A DNA stretch of 61,874 nucleotides, counting the filler, from Theionarchaea archaeon (lineage in GTDB: Archaea > Methanobacteriota_B > Thermococci > Methanofastidiosales > SZ-28-30), in NCBI GenBank assembly GCA_018992565.1. It is 3 parts of 3 records of this genome, joined end to end, with 100 filler letters (N's around TTAATTAATTAA, not from the genome) between each part and the next. Parts side by side here need not be neighbours in the genome. Positions count along the whole stretch, not along the records: positions 1 to 23,295 come from JACVGW010000041.1; positions 23,396 to 46,519 come from JACVGW010000042.1; 1 more part is not named here. One strand, given 5' to 3'. Both the position numbers and the translations under genes were made by a program. The notes below the pieces were generated by a model, which worked only from the letters and a program-made list of their open reading frames with translations, searched no databases and had not been told where the DNA came from. This document shows, piece after piece, positions 19,253 through 29,741 of this stretch. Positions within the stretch are counted from its first letter, which is position 1, and the number at the start of each line of letters is the position of its first letter.

Positions 19253-19795
19253 TTGATGTTACTGGAAAAGCTTCGAGAGACTGTAAGAGGTATTAATGGT
19301 GCTTTCATCCTAACAGATGGAACAATCACGGAAAACAGTCTAAAGAAAGATCTAAAATTTCTGACTTATAATATTTCTTATTTAAGACAAGCAATAACGG
19401 AAAGGAGAAGCTGTGAGGAACTCCTCATACTTGGAGAGAGATACAACTTCGTAGTGTATTTCTCTCAGGATAGGACAATTGGAATTCTCCTGGATCACAC
19501 TACTAACCTCCCTCTCCTGCAGTATGTGGTGAAGAGAATCCTGGAGGCACCACCTTCGCAAGAAGAAGTGCTTGTGCCTTCCTCCCTAGAAGATCAGATC
19601 CCTTACCTTGATAAACCAAGAGACCAGATCTTGCCCAATGTCCCTCAGTACGCACGCCAAGTCCTGGAATTCGTAGACGGGGCTCGCACCATTAAAGAGA
19701 TTATTGCCAAATCAAACCTCCCACCTGAGGTCGTGTTGGATGTTATCCTGGCCCACAGACGATCATCTGTGCTCCACTACAGAGAAAAGGCATAA
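19253..19795 (+). CDS. Roadblock/LC7-like domain plus C-terminal winged helix
   Basis: GINGAFILTDG N-terminus; VLEFVDGARTIKEII C-terminus. Confidence 0.6.
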   Translation: MMLLEKLRETVRGINGAFILTDGTITENSLKKDLKFLTYNISYLRQAITERRSCEELLILGERYNFVVYFSQDRTIGILLDHTTNLPLLQYVVKRILEAPPSQEEVLVPSSLEDQIPYLDKPRDQILPNVPQYARQVLEFVDGARTIKEIIAKSNLPPEVVLDVILAHRRSSVLHYREKA

Positions 19796-19875
19796 TCGTC
19801 CAGCTAGAGCGGAGTGTGGTAAGGAACACTCTTCTGTGGAACAAGGTTTAAATACCCGCGATATCACTTTTTCTT

Positions 19876-20157
19876 ATGGCACTATACGGAGAGGTTTTCA
19901 AGATAGGAGAAATGATTGCACTAGTGACCATGATTCTTTCCTTTCTGGTCATTTATAGAATTTGCTGGAGGAGAAAGACTTTCCGAAAAATGGTGCTGGC
20001 GTATTTTTTCTTTTTGCTCTCTGCTGGATTTGCTGTTCTGAGGGAATACATGTGGTATGACGTCATGAGAGAGACGGAACACATTTTGCTGGTTATTTCA
20101 TCTTCCATATTTTTGTATATTACCTATGTGGCGCACAAGAACCTGGGTGGTGGCTGA
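19876..20157 (+). CDS. Small 3-TM membrane protein
   Basis: Hydrophobic ORF, TGATG-coupled to next gene. Confidence 0.7.
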   Translation: MALYGEVFKIGEMIALVTMILSFLVIYRICWRRKTFRKMVLAYFFFLLSAGFAVLREYMWYDVMRETEHILLVISSSIFLYITYVAHKNLGGG

Positions 20158-21185
20158 TGGACATACTGGTAGTCATCCTGAAGGGCGTTATTACTGTGAA
20201 TTTTCTCTGGGCCCTTTATTTTGGAGTAGAAAACTACAGGATGACACAATCTCACAGCTGGCTCTTCCTGGACCTGGGCCTGGGTACAGCTTTCATACTT
20301 TCCCTGGTTCGATTAGTTAAAGAATTCTTCTATACGGACTTTCAGCAGTTTGAATCCATTATTGTGGTGCTGGAAGTAGTAAAAGTGAACTTGATACCGT
20401 TTGTTACAGCGTTCCTACTGGCATCTGCTCTTGCCATTGGGAGAGAACGGATATCTGCTGTTATACCTATCGGTAAGAAAGAGGAAGTACCTCTACGATG
20501 TGGGATAGAAAAAGGAATCACGTATCTGGTAAAGGAGGAGACTCCCAGGGACGGATATCAGGTCTTTCTGGATTTGTTATCCAGAGGATATCAGGGGCTC
20601 TTGATATTGAGGACCCATCCAGACGAGGTGAGGAAGGAATATACTGTTGATGTTCCTATTCTGTGGATGAGCAGGCTGCAGGTGGGAGACAATGCAGTCT
20701 ATCCCAACGTCACCGTCATTGAGCAGGTCATTGAGGAATTCTTTGAGCATAAGGGAAACCACGTCGTTCTCATTGAACGTCTGGATTATCTCATTTCTCA
20801 GCAGGGATTTGAAAAGACTCTGCAGTTCATCCAGAAACTGTCCAGTCTGGTGTACATTACAAAATCAGTGGCTATTGTACACATAGATCCCCTAACCATT
20901 GGTGAACGGGAGCTCATGCTCATAGAAAAGGAAACAAAGGAGTTCAGAGAAAAACCACAGGAACTGGAAGAAGAACTGGCAGAAATGCTGCTCTATCTGT
21001 ATGAGAAGAACAGACGGGGAAGGAAACCCAACCTCAGAGAGGTTACCCAGGACCTGGGCTTGAGCAGGAACACAGCCAAGAAAAGGATGAACATGTTGAG
21101 ACTGAGGAATCTCATTATCCTCAAGAAAAAGGGGAGAGAAAAAGTGGTGGAAATCACTCGATGGGGAGAGGACATGGTCCGGTAG
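20157..21185 (+). CDS. Membrane-bound DUF835-domain protein with C-terminal wHTH
   Basis: 3 TM; GL...R.HP, ILWMS, VVLIERLDYLI (DUF835); HTH LREVTQDLGLSRNT. Confidence 0.8.
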   Translation: MDILVVILKGVITVNFLWALYFGVENYRMTQSHSWLFLDLGLGTAFILSLVRLVKEFFYTDFQQFESIIVVLEVVKVNLIPFVTAFLLASALAIGRERISAVIPIGKKEEVPLRCGIEKGITYLVKEETPRDGYQVFLDLLSRGYQGLLILRTHPDEVRKEYTVDVPILWMSRLQVGDNAVYPNVTVIEQVIEEFFEHKGNHVVLIERLDYLISQQGFEKTLQFIQKLSSLVYITKSVAIVHIDPLTIGERELMLIEKETKEFREKPQELEEELAEMLLYLYEKNRRGRKPNLREVTQDLGLSRNTAKKRMNMLRLRNLIILKKKGREKVVEITRWGEDMVR

Positions 21186-21340
21186 CTGCATTTGATAGTA
21201 GTTGACAACATCTGACACCTTTTTTCACACAATCCACTTAGGCAATGATCACAAGATGACAGTAATGGAACAACACAGACAGCTGTCCCAGACTGTAGAA
21301 TGTGAATCTGGTAATCAGGCAGCAGGAAAGGGTGATGTTC

Positions 21341-21493
21341 ATGTGGATTGCAGTTAGGGTAGGCGAGGATACCATTTTATTCAATAGTGACAGTGAGGAA
21401 ACTCTGAACTGGCTCAAAGAGATTCATGGAGTGGGCCAGACACGAGAAGAAGCAATCTTTGATTTGGAAAGGAGGTTGTCTCATGAAAAGTAA
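21341..21493 (+). CDS. Small HicB-like protein
   Basis: GGTGA RBS; GVGQTREEAIFDL resembles HicB G.T.EEA motif; overlaps pstS start. Confidence 0.45.
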   Translation: MWIAVRVGEDTILFNSDSEETLNWLKEIHGVGQTREEAIFDLERRLSHEK

Positions 21494-22427
21494 AGTTCTA
21501 AGAATCTTCTGTTCAGTAGTCGTTATGGCTGCTCTGGTTTCATCATGCTGTATTACGCAGAAAAGTGAGACTATAAATGTCTCTGGTGCGTGGGCCCTGT
21601 ATCCCCTGATGGTCAAGTGGGCAGAGGAATATACCAATCTACACCCTGAGATCAGGATAGATGTCTCTGCAGGGGGAGCGGGGAAAGGAATGGCAGATGT
21701 TTTGGGAGGCCTCGTTGACATTGGAATGGTATCAAGAGAAATATATCCTGAGGAAATCGAGAAAGGGGCTTTCTGGGTTGCTGTGGCAAAAGATGCCGTG
21801 GTTCCCATTTTCAACAAGGAGAATCCCTATGCAGAGGACATACTTAATCACGGAGTCAGCCGTCAGGTATTCACAGACATTTTCATTACAGGGAAGGTGA
21901 CAACATGGGGAGACATTCTTGGAAAGCCAGAAATCACAGAAAAAGTCCATGTATATACCCGAAGTGATGCGTGTGGTGCCGCCCAGACCTGGGCCCAGTA
22001 TCTTGGGTTTGCTCAGGAGGACCTCATTGGAGTCGGTGTATATGGCGACCCCGGGATTGTGGAGGCTGTAGGGAGCGATGAATACGGTATTGGTTATGGC
22101 AACCTGAATTTCGCGTATGACGCAAGTACAGGTGCACCGTCACCAGGAGTGATTGCACTGCCCCTGGACCTCGATGGGAACGGTACAATTGAATTCCGCG
22201 AAAATGTATATGCTACGAAATCTGATGTCATTGCAGCCATCGACCAGGGAATCTACCCTTCACCTCCGGCACGAGCACTGCATCTTGTGACCAAAGGGGC
22301 TCCTGAAGGGTTAGTGAAAGAGTTCTTGATCTGGATTCTTACCGAAGGACAACAGTATGTTTCTGAAACTGGATACATTGGATTGGGAGAAAGAATCCAG
22401 GAAGAACTCGAAAAACTGGAGGGGTAA
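21483..22427 (+). CDS. pstS: Phosphate ABC transporter substrate-binding protein
   Basis: Signal peptide with Cys, SGAWALYPL, GGAGKG, DIGMVSR. Confidence 0.9.
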   Translation: MKSKVLRIFCSVVVMAALVSSCCITQKSETINVSGAWALYPLMVKWAEEYTNLHPEIRIDVSAGGAGKGMADVLGGLVDIGMVSREIYPEEIEKGAFWVAVAKDAVVPIFNKENPYAEDILNHGVSRQVFTDIFITGKVTTWGDILGKPEITEKVHVYTRSDACGAAQTWAQYLGFAQEDLIGVGVYGDPGIVEAVGSDEYGIGYGNLNFAYDASTGAPSPGVIALPLDLDGNGTIEFRENVYATKSDVIAAIDQGIYPSPPARALHLVTKGAPEGLVKEFLIWILTEGQQYVSETGYIGLGERIQEELEKLEG

Positions 22428-22428
22428 C

Positions 22429-23295
22429 ATGAGCATGAGGAAGGTCATTGATTGGGTTTCTCAGAGAGTGATGTACGCTGTCACTGCTGCAGTCTCATTC
22501 CTTGTAGTGCTTATTGCAGCCGGATTATATCTCAAAGCACGTCCCATCCTGGAGATTAACCCAATAGATGAATTGCTGACCTCCTCATCATGGCACCCCC
22601 TCAAGGGTGAGTTTGGATTCTACCCCTTCTTAATGGGTACGTTCTGGGTAACCTTTCTGGCAATGGTATTTGCCATTCCCATCTGTCTATTATCCTCAAT
22701 TTATGTATCAGAATATGCCCCCAGAAGGATGAGGGATGTAATAAAGCCACTAGTTGACCTTTTGGCAGGAATCCCTTCAGTAGTGTACGGAGTGTTTGGC
22801 ATTCTCGCTGTGGTGCCATTCATACGGGATGTAGCCCACAGGATCAACATTTCCACCACAGGATATTCAGTTCTGGCAGGGGGAATTGTACTCGCTATCA
22901 TGGTTTTTCCCATTATTATTTCTGTATCTGTAGAAGTGATCCAGAGTGTGCCATATGAGGCACGAGAATCGTCTCTCTCGCTGGGAGCTACTCAATGGCA
23001 GACTGTAAAGAAGGTGGTGCTCAAGAAAGCTTTCCCAGGAATTGTAGCAGCCATCATATTGGGATTTTCTCGGGCCTTCGGGGAGACTATGGCAGTTTTG
23101 ATGGTGGTGGGGAACATTCCTCAAGTTCCCCACTCCATTTTTGACGAAGCATATCCACTGACTGCATTGATCGCCAACAACTACGGCGAAATGCTGTCTA
23201 TTCCCCTGTACGATTCAGCCCTTCTCCTTGGCGCTCTCATTTTGCTGCTAATAGTCCTGCTGTTTAGTATGGCAGCCAGGCTTATACTCATGAGG
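22429..23295 (+). CDS. pstC: Phosphate ABC transporter permease (3' end at gap)
   Basis: LLAGIPSVVYG, LGATQWQT, SRAFGETMAV. Confidence 0.93.
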
Positions 23296-23395
23296 NNNNN
23301 NNNNNNNNNNNNNNNNNNNNNNNNNNNNNNNNNNNNNNNTTAATTAATTAANNNNNNNNNNNNNNNNNNNNNNNNNNNNNNNNNNNNNNNNNNNN
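23296..23395. other. Assembly gap with TTAATTAATTAA linker
   Basis: N-run flanking a stop-codon linker. Confidence 0.95.
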
Positions 23396-23397
23396 TT

Positions 23398-24510
23398 GTG
23401 GAGTATATGATGGGGGAGCATGTGCTGGAGTGGAGTCAGGTACCAGACCCTGTACAGCCGCTGCACAAAAGGAATAGCCCCTTCAGTATGTCTTTTGACA
23501 TAACGTATGCATGCAATCTTTCGTGTCCTTTCTGTTCAGTTGATGCAGGAGAACCCAGGCCTGATGAATTGACCGTGGAGGATATTGCACCATTTCTGGA
23601 ATGGATAAAAACTGTGAAGCCGTCTCCTGTAATGATCAATGGAGGAGAACCGCTCATGAGAAAGGACTTCCTTCTGCATATTCTCCAGGAATTGTCTCAG
23701 GTGAAAGACATCATTACCCCCGTCCTGACCAATGGCACGTTGATAACCCAGGAATATGCAAGAGATTTAGTCGAGGCAGGTCTCACCATAGGGAGGGTGG
23801 GGATAGATGGACACACAGCAGCTTTACACAATGCCATGAGAGGTGAGGGAACGTTCAAGAAGGCAATAGCTGGTATTGAAAATCTCAAAGAATGTGGTAT
23901 TCATGTTAATGTCATTGCTGTCATCACACAGCTGAATTATCCACACCTGCAGGACATTGTAGCATTTCTGGAGACAATAGCTGACAGTTATAATATTGCA
24001 CCAGTGTATCCCTTTGGGAGAGCAACGTCAGACATGATGCTAACCCAGGAACAAGTCTTCAGGGTAAAAACTGCCCATCTGAAGGGGGGAAAAATTGAAA
24101 CACTCATTGCTCCGAGGACGCAGTGCGATGCAGGAGATGTCATACATATTGCAGGAAACGGGGATATTTTTCCCTGTTTTTATATGCAGTTCCCTGAATA
24201 CCGTCTAGGGAATATCAAAGAAGACTTTTCCTCAATCTACGACGCACATGTCATGCGCACCGTCCTGGAATTAGATGTTGACAAGATTGAAGAATGTAGA
24301 ACATGTGAGATCCGGTATTTCTGTGGGGGCGGGTGCAGAGGATTTGCACGTCATATGTGCGGATCAGTGCTCAGTCCTGATCCACTCGATTGTGAATCCA
24401 ATAAGATACTGGTGGACCAGATTCAAAAAACCGGAGAAGATGTGACCAAAAAAGTACTTGAAGAATTGCTTGACAGGACCCGGCATCTCAAGACAGGGGC
24501 GTGGAGATGA
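23398..24510 (+). CDS. Radical SAM/SPASM protein (5' truncated by gap)
   Basis: CNLSCPFC, NGGEP, CDAG..GDIFPC..CRTC..CGGGCR..DC. Confidence 0.92.
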   Translation: MEYMMGEHVLEWSQVPDPVQPLHKRNSPFSMSFDITYACNLSCPFCSVDAGEPRPDELTVEDIAPFLEWIKTVKPSPVMINGGEPLMRKDFLLHILQELSQVKDIITPVLTNGTLITQEYARDLVEAGLTIGRVGIDGHTAALHNAMRGEGTFKKAIAGIENLKECGIHVNVIAVITQLNYPHLQDIVAFLETIADSYNIAPVYPFGRATSDMMLTQEQVFRVKTAHLKGGKIETLIAPRTQCDAGDVIHIAGNGDIFPCFYMQFPEYRLGNIKEDFSSIYDAHVMRTVLELDVDKIEECRTCEIRYFCGGGCRGFARHMCGSVLSPDPLDCESNKILVDQIQKTGEDVTKKVLEELLDRTRHLKTGAWR

Positions 24511-24584
24511 GGACGGGGGCTTCTTCAAATCGAAAGCTTTAAGAAAGATTATTGTGTTAACCAACAGACTGGAGGAGAAATCAC

Positions 24585-25826
24585 ATGGCTGAAGAATACC
24601 AGATAACTGACAGGAGTGTTATTAAATTCCATGATCTCTTCAAGGGTGAAGAGGAAGACGGGCTCGTTCTGGTGGGAAGACGGGATATTGGTTCCTACGT
24701 CAGTCTACCTGTGGAAGCGTATGACGTAATCGATTTACTTGATTCTGGAAAGACTGTTGGAGAAGTCAAAACCATTCTGGAGGCAAAATACGGAGAGGAA
24801 GCAGAGATTGAAGATTTCATTGAGGATATGATCAGCAATGAAATGGTTCACTATGTGGATGATTATGAGATCCCCACAACCTCTGAACTCCAGAAAGATG
24901 TATTCAGTGGAATAACAGGGAGGCATGTGGGGTGGCTGTTTTCCCCGTACGCCTGGGTTGTCTATGGAGTCCTGGCTGCTGGATGCCTCATCCTGTTCGC
25001 CTCACATCCCCAGTATATCCCTCAGCCTGCTGATTTCTTCTGGCATCCCTGGTATTCAGTGGCAGTTGGATTAACATTCTTTTTTGGATGGATACTGGTG
25101 GCGTTCCATGAGCTGGCTCACTTGTTTGCAGCTAAAGCAGTGGGTACAGAAGGGTACTTCAGCCTCAGTAACAGACTCATATTTGTTGTGGCTCAGACAA
25201 ATCTGGGCAATATCTGGACAATCCCGCGAGAGAAACGGTACATTGTCTATCTGGCAGGGATGGCATGGGACTCAGTCATGGTCTTCCTCTGCCTGCTGCT
25301 ACTATTACTCAGCGACAGCAGCGTGATCCACCTGGACCAGCTTGTATATGCGTTTGTGAAAGCAATTATTTTCATAAAAGTGTGGGGGATTATCTGGCAG
25401 TTCAGATTCAATATGCAGACAGATGTGTATTATGTGGTTGCCAACTATTTCAGGTGCAGGAATTTGCTGGGTGATGCACAGGCCAGAATAAAGAATACGC
25501 TCAGCACATTCGTGAGCAGGATTGAGAAGACAGACTTCACCGGCACTCCACCTTCAGAAATGAGGGCAATCAAGTGGTATACCCCTCTGTATTTTGTGGG
25601 GACTGCTGTCACACTGGCTACCTATCTTCTGAGAAACCTTCCCTTGTTATTGCTGCAGATACGACGGGCTCTCGATGGTATTCTCACAGGATATCACGCC
25701 AATCATGCACTCTTCATTGATGCTATAGTACTTGTCATATTGACCAGTTTCAACTTTGGCCTGTTGGGATTCTTGGTTCTACGGCCGAGATGGCAAGGAG
25801 TAAAGCAATGGCTGAAGGCACGGTAG
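24585..25826 (+). CDS. PqqD/RRE-like domain fused to M50-like intramembrane zinc peptidase (YydH/EpeP-like)
   Basis: N-terminal wHTH (DLLDSGKTVGEV..LE.KYG....EDFIEDM...EMV), HELAH in TM, LAG...D, F....D.YY motif. Confidence 0.8.
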   Translation: MAEEYQITDRSVIKFHDLFKGEEEDGLVLVGRRDIGSYVSLPVEAYDVIDLLDSGKTVGEVKTILEAKYGEEAEIEDFIEDMISNEMVHYVDDYEIPTTSELQKDVFSGITGRHVGWLFSPYAWVVYGVLAAGCLILFASHPQYIPQPADFFWHPWYSVAVGLTFFFGWILVAFHELAHLFAAKAVGTEGYFSLSNRLIFVVAQTNLGNIWTIPREKRYIVYLAGMAWDSVMVFLCLLLLLLSDSSVIHLDQLVYAFVKAIIFIKVWGIIWQFRFNMQTDVYYVVANYFRCRNLLGDAQARIKNTLSTFVSRIEKTDFTGTPPSEMRAIKWYTPLYFVGTAVTLATYLLRNLPLLLLQIRRALDGILTGYHANHALFIDAIVLVILTSFNFGLLGFLVLRPRWQGVKQWLKAR

Positions 25827-25949
25827 CAGGACTCGTGGCGGTATCACCTGTTATACCATCTTGAGGTGGCCACAGCATAGTAGTCAATCTGGAGTAAGGA
25901 TTATATGAGTGATTTTCTGATACTGGGCAAGAGAACTCGGAGCTGAATC

Positions 25950-27305
25950 ATGACTCCACCTGAAAAGCGTCTTTCTGCTCACGAAAAGAGACCTTCCGGG
26001 ATGCTGGGATTTACCATAGTGTGGGCTGGGCAACTCGTTTCACTCATGGGAACTTCCATGGCAGGATTCGCCATCATGATCTGGCTGTGGCAGACCACAG
26101 GAAAGGCGACTCCCTTTGCACTCTATGGGTTCTTCTCCTCTCTTCCCTTGATAGTGGCCAGCCCCCTGGCTGGAGCTCTGGTGGACAGATGGGACAGGAA
26201 GTTGACCATGATGCTCAGCGATCTGGCTGCAGGAATATCCTCCGTCATTATAGTGATCTTGTACACCGCAGACGCACTGGAAGTATGGCATTTATATGCC
26301 ACGGGGGCACTGGCAGGGTTTTTTGGGGCATTCCAGTTTCCTGCGTTCTCTGCAGCAACTACCATGATGGTATCCAAGAGACACTATGCCAGGGCAAGTG
26401 GCATGAGGTCTGTGGCTGATTCTGCGTCAGGAATTTTCGGACCGCTGGCAGGTGCTGGACTCCTGGGAATAATTGGAATAAGAGGCATACTCATACTAGA
26501 TATTATAACCTTCTCTCTTGCAATCGGGACACTGCTCGTCATCTACATACCACGCCCTCCTGCAACTGCAGAAGGATCAGAAGGGGCCGGGAGTCTCTGG
26601 AAAGAATCAGCGTATGGGTTCCACTACATCTACCAGCGCACAGCCCTCATGGGGTTGTTGCTGGTCTTCCTCATGATCAACCTGACCACAACACTTGGGT
26701 TCTCCGTGTGGGCTCCCATGATACTGGCGCGTACCAACAACAATGAGGTGGTGCTGGGTGGAGCTCAGTCTGCTCTTGCTGTGGGAGGACTGGTCAGCGG
26801 ATTGTTGCTGTCTGTATGGGGCGGTCCCAACCGCAGGATCAAAGGAATCTTCGTCACCATGGCGGGAATGGGACTGGCCATGTCTGTTATGGGAGTAGGC
26901 CGTGACCTCTATGTGTGGGGTGCCGCAGGGTTCGGGCTCACCTTCCTGGGAGTCATAGCGTCTGGGTGCAGCAATGCTTTCTGGCAGTCCAAGGTGGCGC
27001 CTGACGTCCAGGGACGTGTATTTGCAGCCAGGGGCATGGTGGCCTGGGCGGCACGTCCTCTCTCCATGGTGCTGGCAGGTCCTCTGGCAGACCACTTCTT
27101 CGAACCTGCAATGAGAGAAGGGGGTGTACTGGCTGGTGTATTTGGGGATGTGGTGGGAACAGGCCCGGGGGCAGGTATGGGGTTGATGTTTGTGTTGACT
27201 GGTATACTCTGTGCCCTGGCCGCAGGAGTAGGTTACACCTTCCGGTCTGTACGGGACGCAGAACATATATTGCCAGATCATGAAGCAACTGGCGAATCGG
27301 AATGA
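25950..27305 (+). CDS. MFS transporter (macrolide-efflux/DHA3-like)
   Basis: GQLVSLMG, GALVDRWDRK, QSKVAPDVQGRVF. Confidence 0.92.
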   Translation: MTPPEKRLSAHEKRPSGMLGFTIVWAGQLVSLMGTSMAGFAIMIWLWQTTGKATPFALYGFFSSLPLIVASPLAGALVDRWDRKLTMMLSDLAAGISSVIIVILYTADALEVWHLYATGALAGFFGAFQFPAFSAATTMMVSKRHYARASGMRSVADSASGIFGPLAGAGLLGIIGIRGILILDIITFSLAIGTLLVIYIPRPPATAEGSEGAGSLWKESAYGFHYIYQRTALMGLLLVFLMINLTTTLGFSVWAPMILARTNNNEVVLGGAQSALAVGGLVSGLLLSVWGGPNRRIKGIFVTMAGMGLAMSVMGVGRDLYVWGAAGFGLTFLGVIASGCSNAFWQSKVAPDVQGRVFAARGMVAWAARPLSMVLAGPLADHFFEPAMREGGVLAGVFGDVVGTGPGAGMGLMFVLTGILCALAAGVGYTFRSVRDAEHILPDHEATGESE

Positions 27306-27459
27306 TACAGCTACGTCTCTCTCATGAAAGAGAGTGTATGCATTTCTGGATTGATTCTTCCTGGAAAAAACATCTTCTGTAGAATCTTTTGAAGCATAAG
27401 TGGAAATCTTTATATGCTTTCAACCATAGAAGGAAGAAAGCTCATCAGGAGGAATATAC

Positions 27460-28716
27460 ATGAAAGGAGTAAGATTCTTCATCGCAGGGATGCTCTTGAT
27501 TTCGTTCTTTACAGTTGTTTCTGAACCATCGCAGGCTGCATCTGCCTCATTAAACATCAATAAAGGATGTGGAGCTACATACTACCCTGGAGAAGTGGTG
27601 ACCATCAGCTACAAAGTCACAGCAAGTGCCTCAGCCACTGTGGTAGCTTCACTCAGGGTGCAGCTGCCTGACTCATCGTGGTCAACATTCTTCATTAACA
27701 GGAGTATACTGCCCAATATCACATACTACATTTCCGGAGTTGCAGGCTCCCAACTGGGAGGAAGAACAGTCGTGTTCGAGTGGGAAGCCACCTACATGGG
27801 GACTGATGCTGGGTCAACCTCATGCACGTATGTCGTCTCTTCAGGTGGAGGGACTACAGGAACCACCTTACAGATCAACAGCAATGTTTCAGGATTCCAG
27901 GTATGGTGGAACGGAGTGTACAACCACACAACGCCCTACAACTACGCTCTTCTATATAATGTGCCATCGGGAACCCATACAGTAACCTTGAAGAAGTCGG
28001 GATGCAGCGATGCGAGCAAGACAGTCACCATCGTTCCAGCAGTAGCCAATCAGGTTACCATCAACATGAGCTGCGGCTCAGGAGGTGGCGGAGAAGAAGA
28101 AGCTGACATTGATGGTGATGGCGTTCCTGATGATGAAGACGGGTGCTACAACCCTGACTGTAATGTCGTGGACAGGAATGGATGTCCCAAAGATTCAGAT
28201 AGAGACGGGGTAAACGAATGTGATGATGACTGCCCCACAGAGGCAGGGAGTCCTTCCAATGACGGATGTCCTGCAGGTGACAAAGACGATGATGGCGTGA
28301 CTGATGATGAAGATGCCTGCTACAACCCAGGATGCTCACTTGTTGATTCCCAGGGATGCCCGCGAGACTCTGATGGTGATGGACTGAATGACTGTGCAGA
28401 TGACTGCCCCAATGAGGAAGGTGACCGGAGGAACAATGGATGTCCTGCTGAAGATGCTGATGGTGATGGCGTGACTGATGACCAGGACAACTGCTACAAT
28501 CCAGGATGTAACCTGGTGGACTCCCGGGGATGCCCACGAGACTCTGATAATGATGGAATGAATGACTGTGAAGATAACTGCCCAAACCAGTCTGGCACCC
28601 GAAGCAATAGTGGTTGCCCCGAACAGCAGCAGGGTCCTCAATTCTGTCTGGGATCAGGGTTGCTGGCAGTGCTGATCTGTCTTGGAAGTGTTTGGAAGGT
28701 CTTGAAACTGAAATAA
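27460..28716 (+). CDS. Cell-surface protein: signal peptide, PEGA-like domain, thrombospondin type-3-like Ca-binding repeats, C-terminal anchor
   Basis: GTHTVTLKKSG; repeated DxDxDGVxDxxDxC..GCP; C-terminal CLG plus TM plus KLK. Confidence 0.85.
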   Translation: MKGVRFFIAGMLLISFFTVVSEPSQAASASLNINKGCGATYYPGEVVTISYKVTASASATVVASLRVQLPDSSWSTFFINRSILPNITYYISGVAGSQLGGRTVVFEWEATYMGTDAGSTSCTYVVSSGGGTTGTTLQINSNVSGFQVWWNGVYNHTTPYNYALLYNVPSGTHTVTLKKSGCSDASKTVTIVPAVANQVTINMSCGSGGGGEEEADIDGDGVPDDEDGCYNPDCNVVDRNGCPKDSDRDGVNECDDDCPTEAGSPSNDGCPAGDKDDDGVTDDEDACYNPGCSLVDSQGCPRDSDGDGLNDCADDCPNEEGDRRNNGCPAEDADGDGVTDDQDNCYNPGCNLVDSRGCPRDSDNDGMNDCEDNCPNQSGTRSNSGCPEQQQGPQFCLGSGLLAVLICLGSVWKVLKLK

Positions 28717-28815
28717 TCTTTTGTTTTTGCTTTATTATTCACCTTTTTTTTCTCTCAGGTTGGCTTTGAGGATTTCATGGTTCTGCTGACCCGGTGACTG
28801 TGCAAATCTATAAGA

Positions 28816-29619
28816 ATGCCAAATCAATCCTGTAGTATGAACCTGTTTCCCGTGAAGTTCCCTATTATTGGTATGATCCATTTACTTCCTCTTCCTGGCT
28901 CACCACTGTTTATAGACTCCCAGTCTATATTCTACAGGGCAAATCATGATTATCACGTCTTGCGAGAGGGAGGAGTGGATGGCGTACTCATTGAAAACTT
29001 CGGAGATGTTCCCTACACGAAAAGCAAAGTCTCCCCGCAGGTAGTAGCCTGGATGACCAAAATTGTATCATCTCTGGCAATTGACATACCTTTTGGGATC
29101 AATGTACTGAGAAATGATGCCATATCTGCATTAGCTGTTGCTCACGCCACAGGGGCTCATTTTATCCGATGCAATGTCTTAACAGGAGTCATGGTGACTG
29201 ATCAGGGGGTGATTGAGGGAAAGTCTGCAGAAGTCTTGCGCTACCGTTCTCTCCTGCAGTCCAATGCCAGAATTCTCGCTGACATTCACGTGAAGCATGC
29301 ATATCCTCTGGTATCCCAGCCTCTTGAACGCACGGCCAGAGATACTGCTCACAGGGGATTGGCTGATGGACTCATTGTGACAGGAGAAGAGACAGGAGCC
29401 CCGCCCACCAGTGAGGACATGAAAGCAGTGAAAGAAGCAGTTCCAGACAGGCCACTCTTTGCAGGAAGTGGTGTCACCCTTCAGAACGTGGAATCTGTGC
29501 TCAGGCTTTGTGACGGATGCATTGTGGGGAAGGCTTTCAAGAAGAATGGTAAAATGGAGAATCCTCTGGATCTGACCAGGGTGAAGTCATTTGTGCAGAA
29601 GGTAAGAGACACGCAGTAG
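28816..29619 (+). CDS. BtpA/SgcQ family protein
   Basis: IGMIHLLPLPGSP, ENFGDVPY, GINVLRND, ADIHVKH. Confidence 0.93.
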   Translation: MPNQSCSMNLFPVKFPIIGMIHLLPLPGSPLFIDSQSIFYRANHDYHVLREGGVDGVLIENFGDVPYTKSKVSPQVVAWMTKIVSSLAIDIPFGINVLRNDAISALAVAHATGAHFIRCNVLTGVMVTDQGVIEGKSAEVLRYRSLLQSNARILADIHVKHAYPLVSQPLERTARDTAHRGLADGLIVTGEETGAPPTSEDMKAVKEAVPDRPLFAGSGVTLQNVESVLRLCDGCIVGKAFKKNGKMENPLDLTRVKSFVQKVRDTQ

Positions 29620-29741
29620 CACCCTGTTCGATATCTTTGTTGTTCACCCTGAATTGCTTCAGACAGACTGCCACGTGTCTCTGCCATGTAGCACGTACTC
29701 TGGCCTTCCAGAGAGATGAAAAGAATCAACATACACTGGAA

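Noticed and set aside
18988..19329. Overlapping ORFs on both strands between the DUF2226-like and roadblock-like genes
   Set aside because: No RBS, recognisable motif or compositional support
23296..23395. TTAATTAATTAA palindrome (also at 46564-46575) and apparent pstC-rSAM adjacency
   Set aside because: Artificial linker inside N gaps; gene order across gaps is not evidence
26607..27288. Long antisense ORFs (also 51677-52270, 28061-28585, 30538-31089 and others)
   Set aside because: Shadow frames of well-supported genes on the opposite strand, with no motifs
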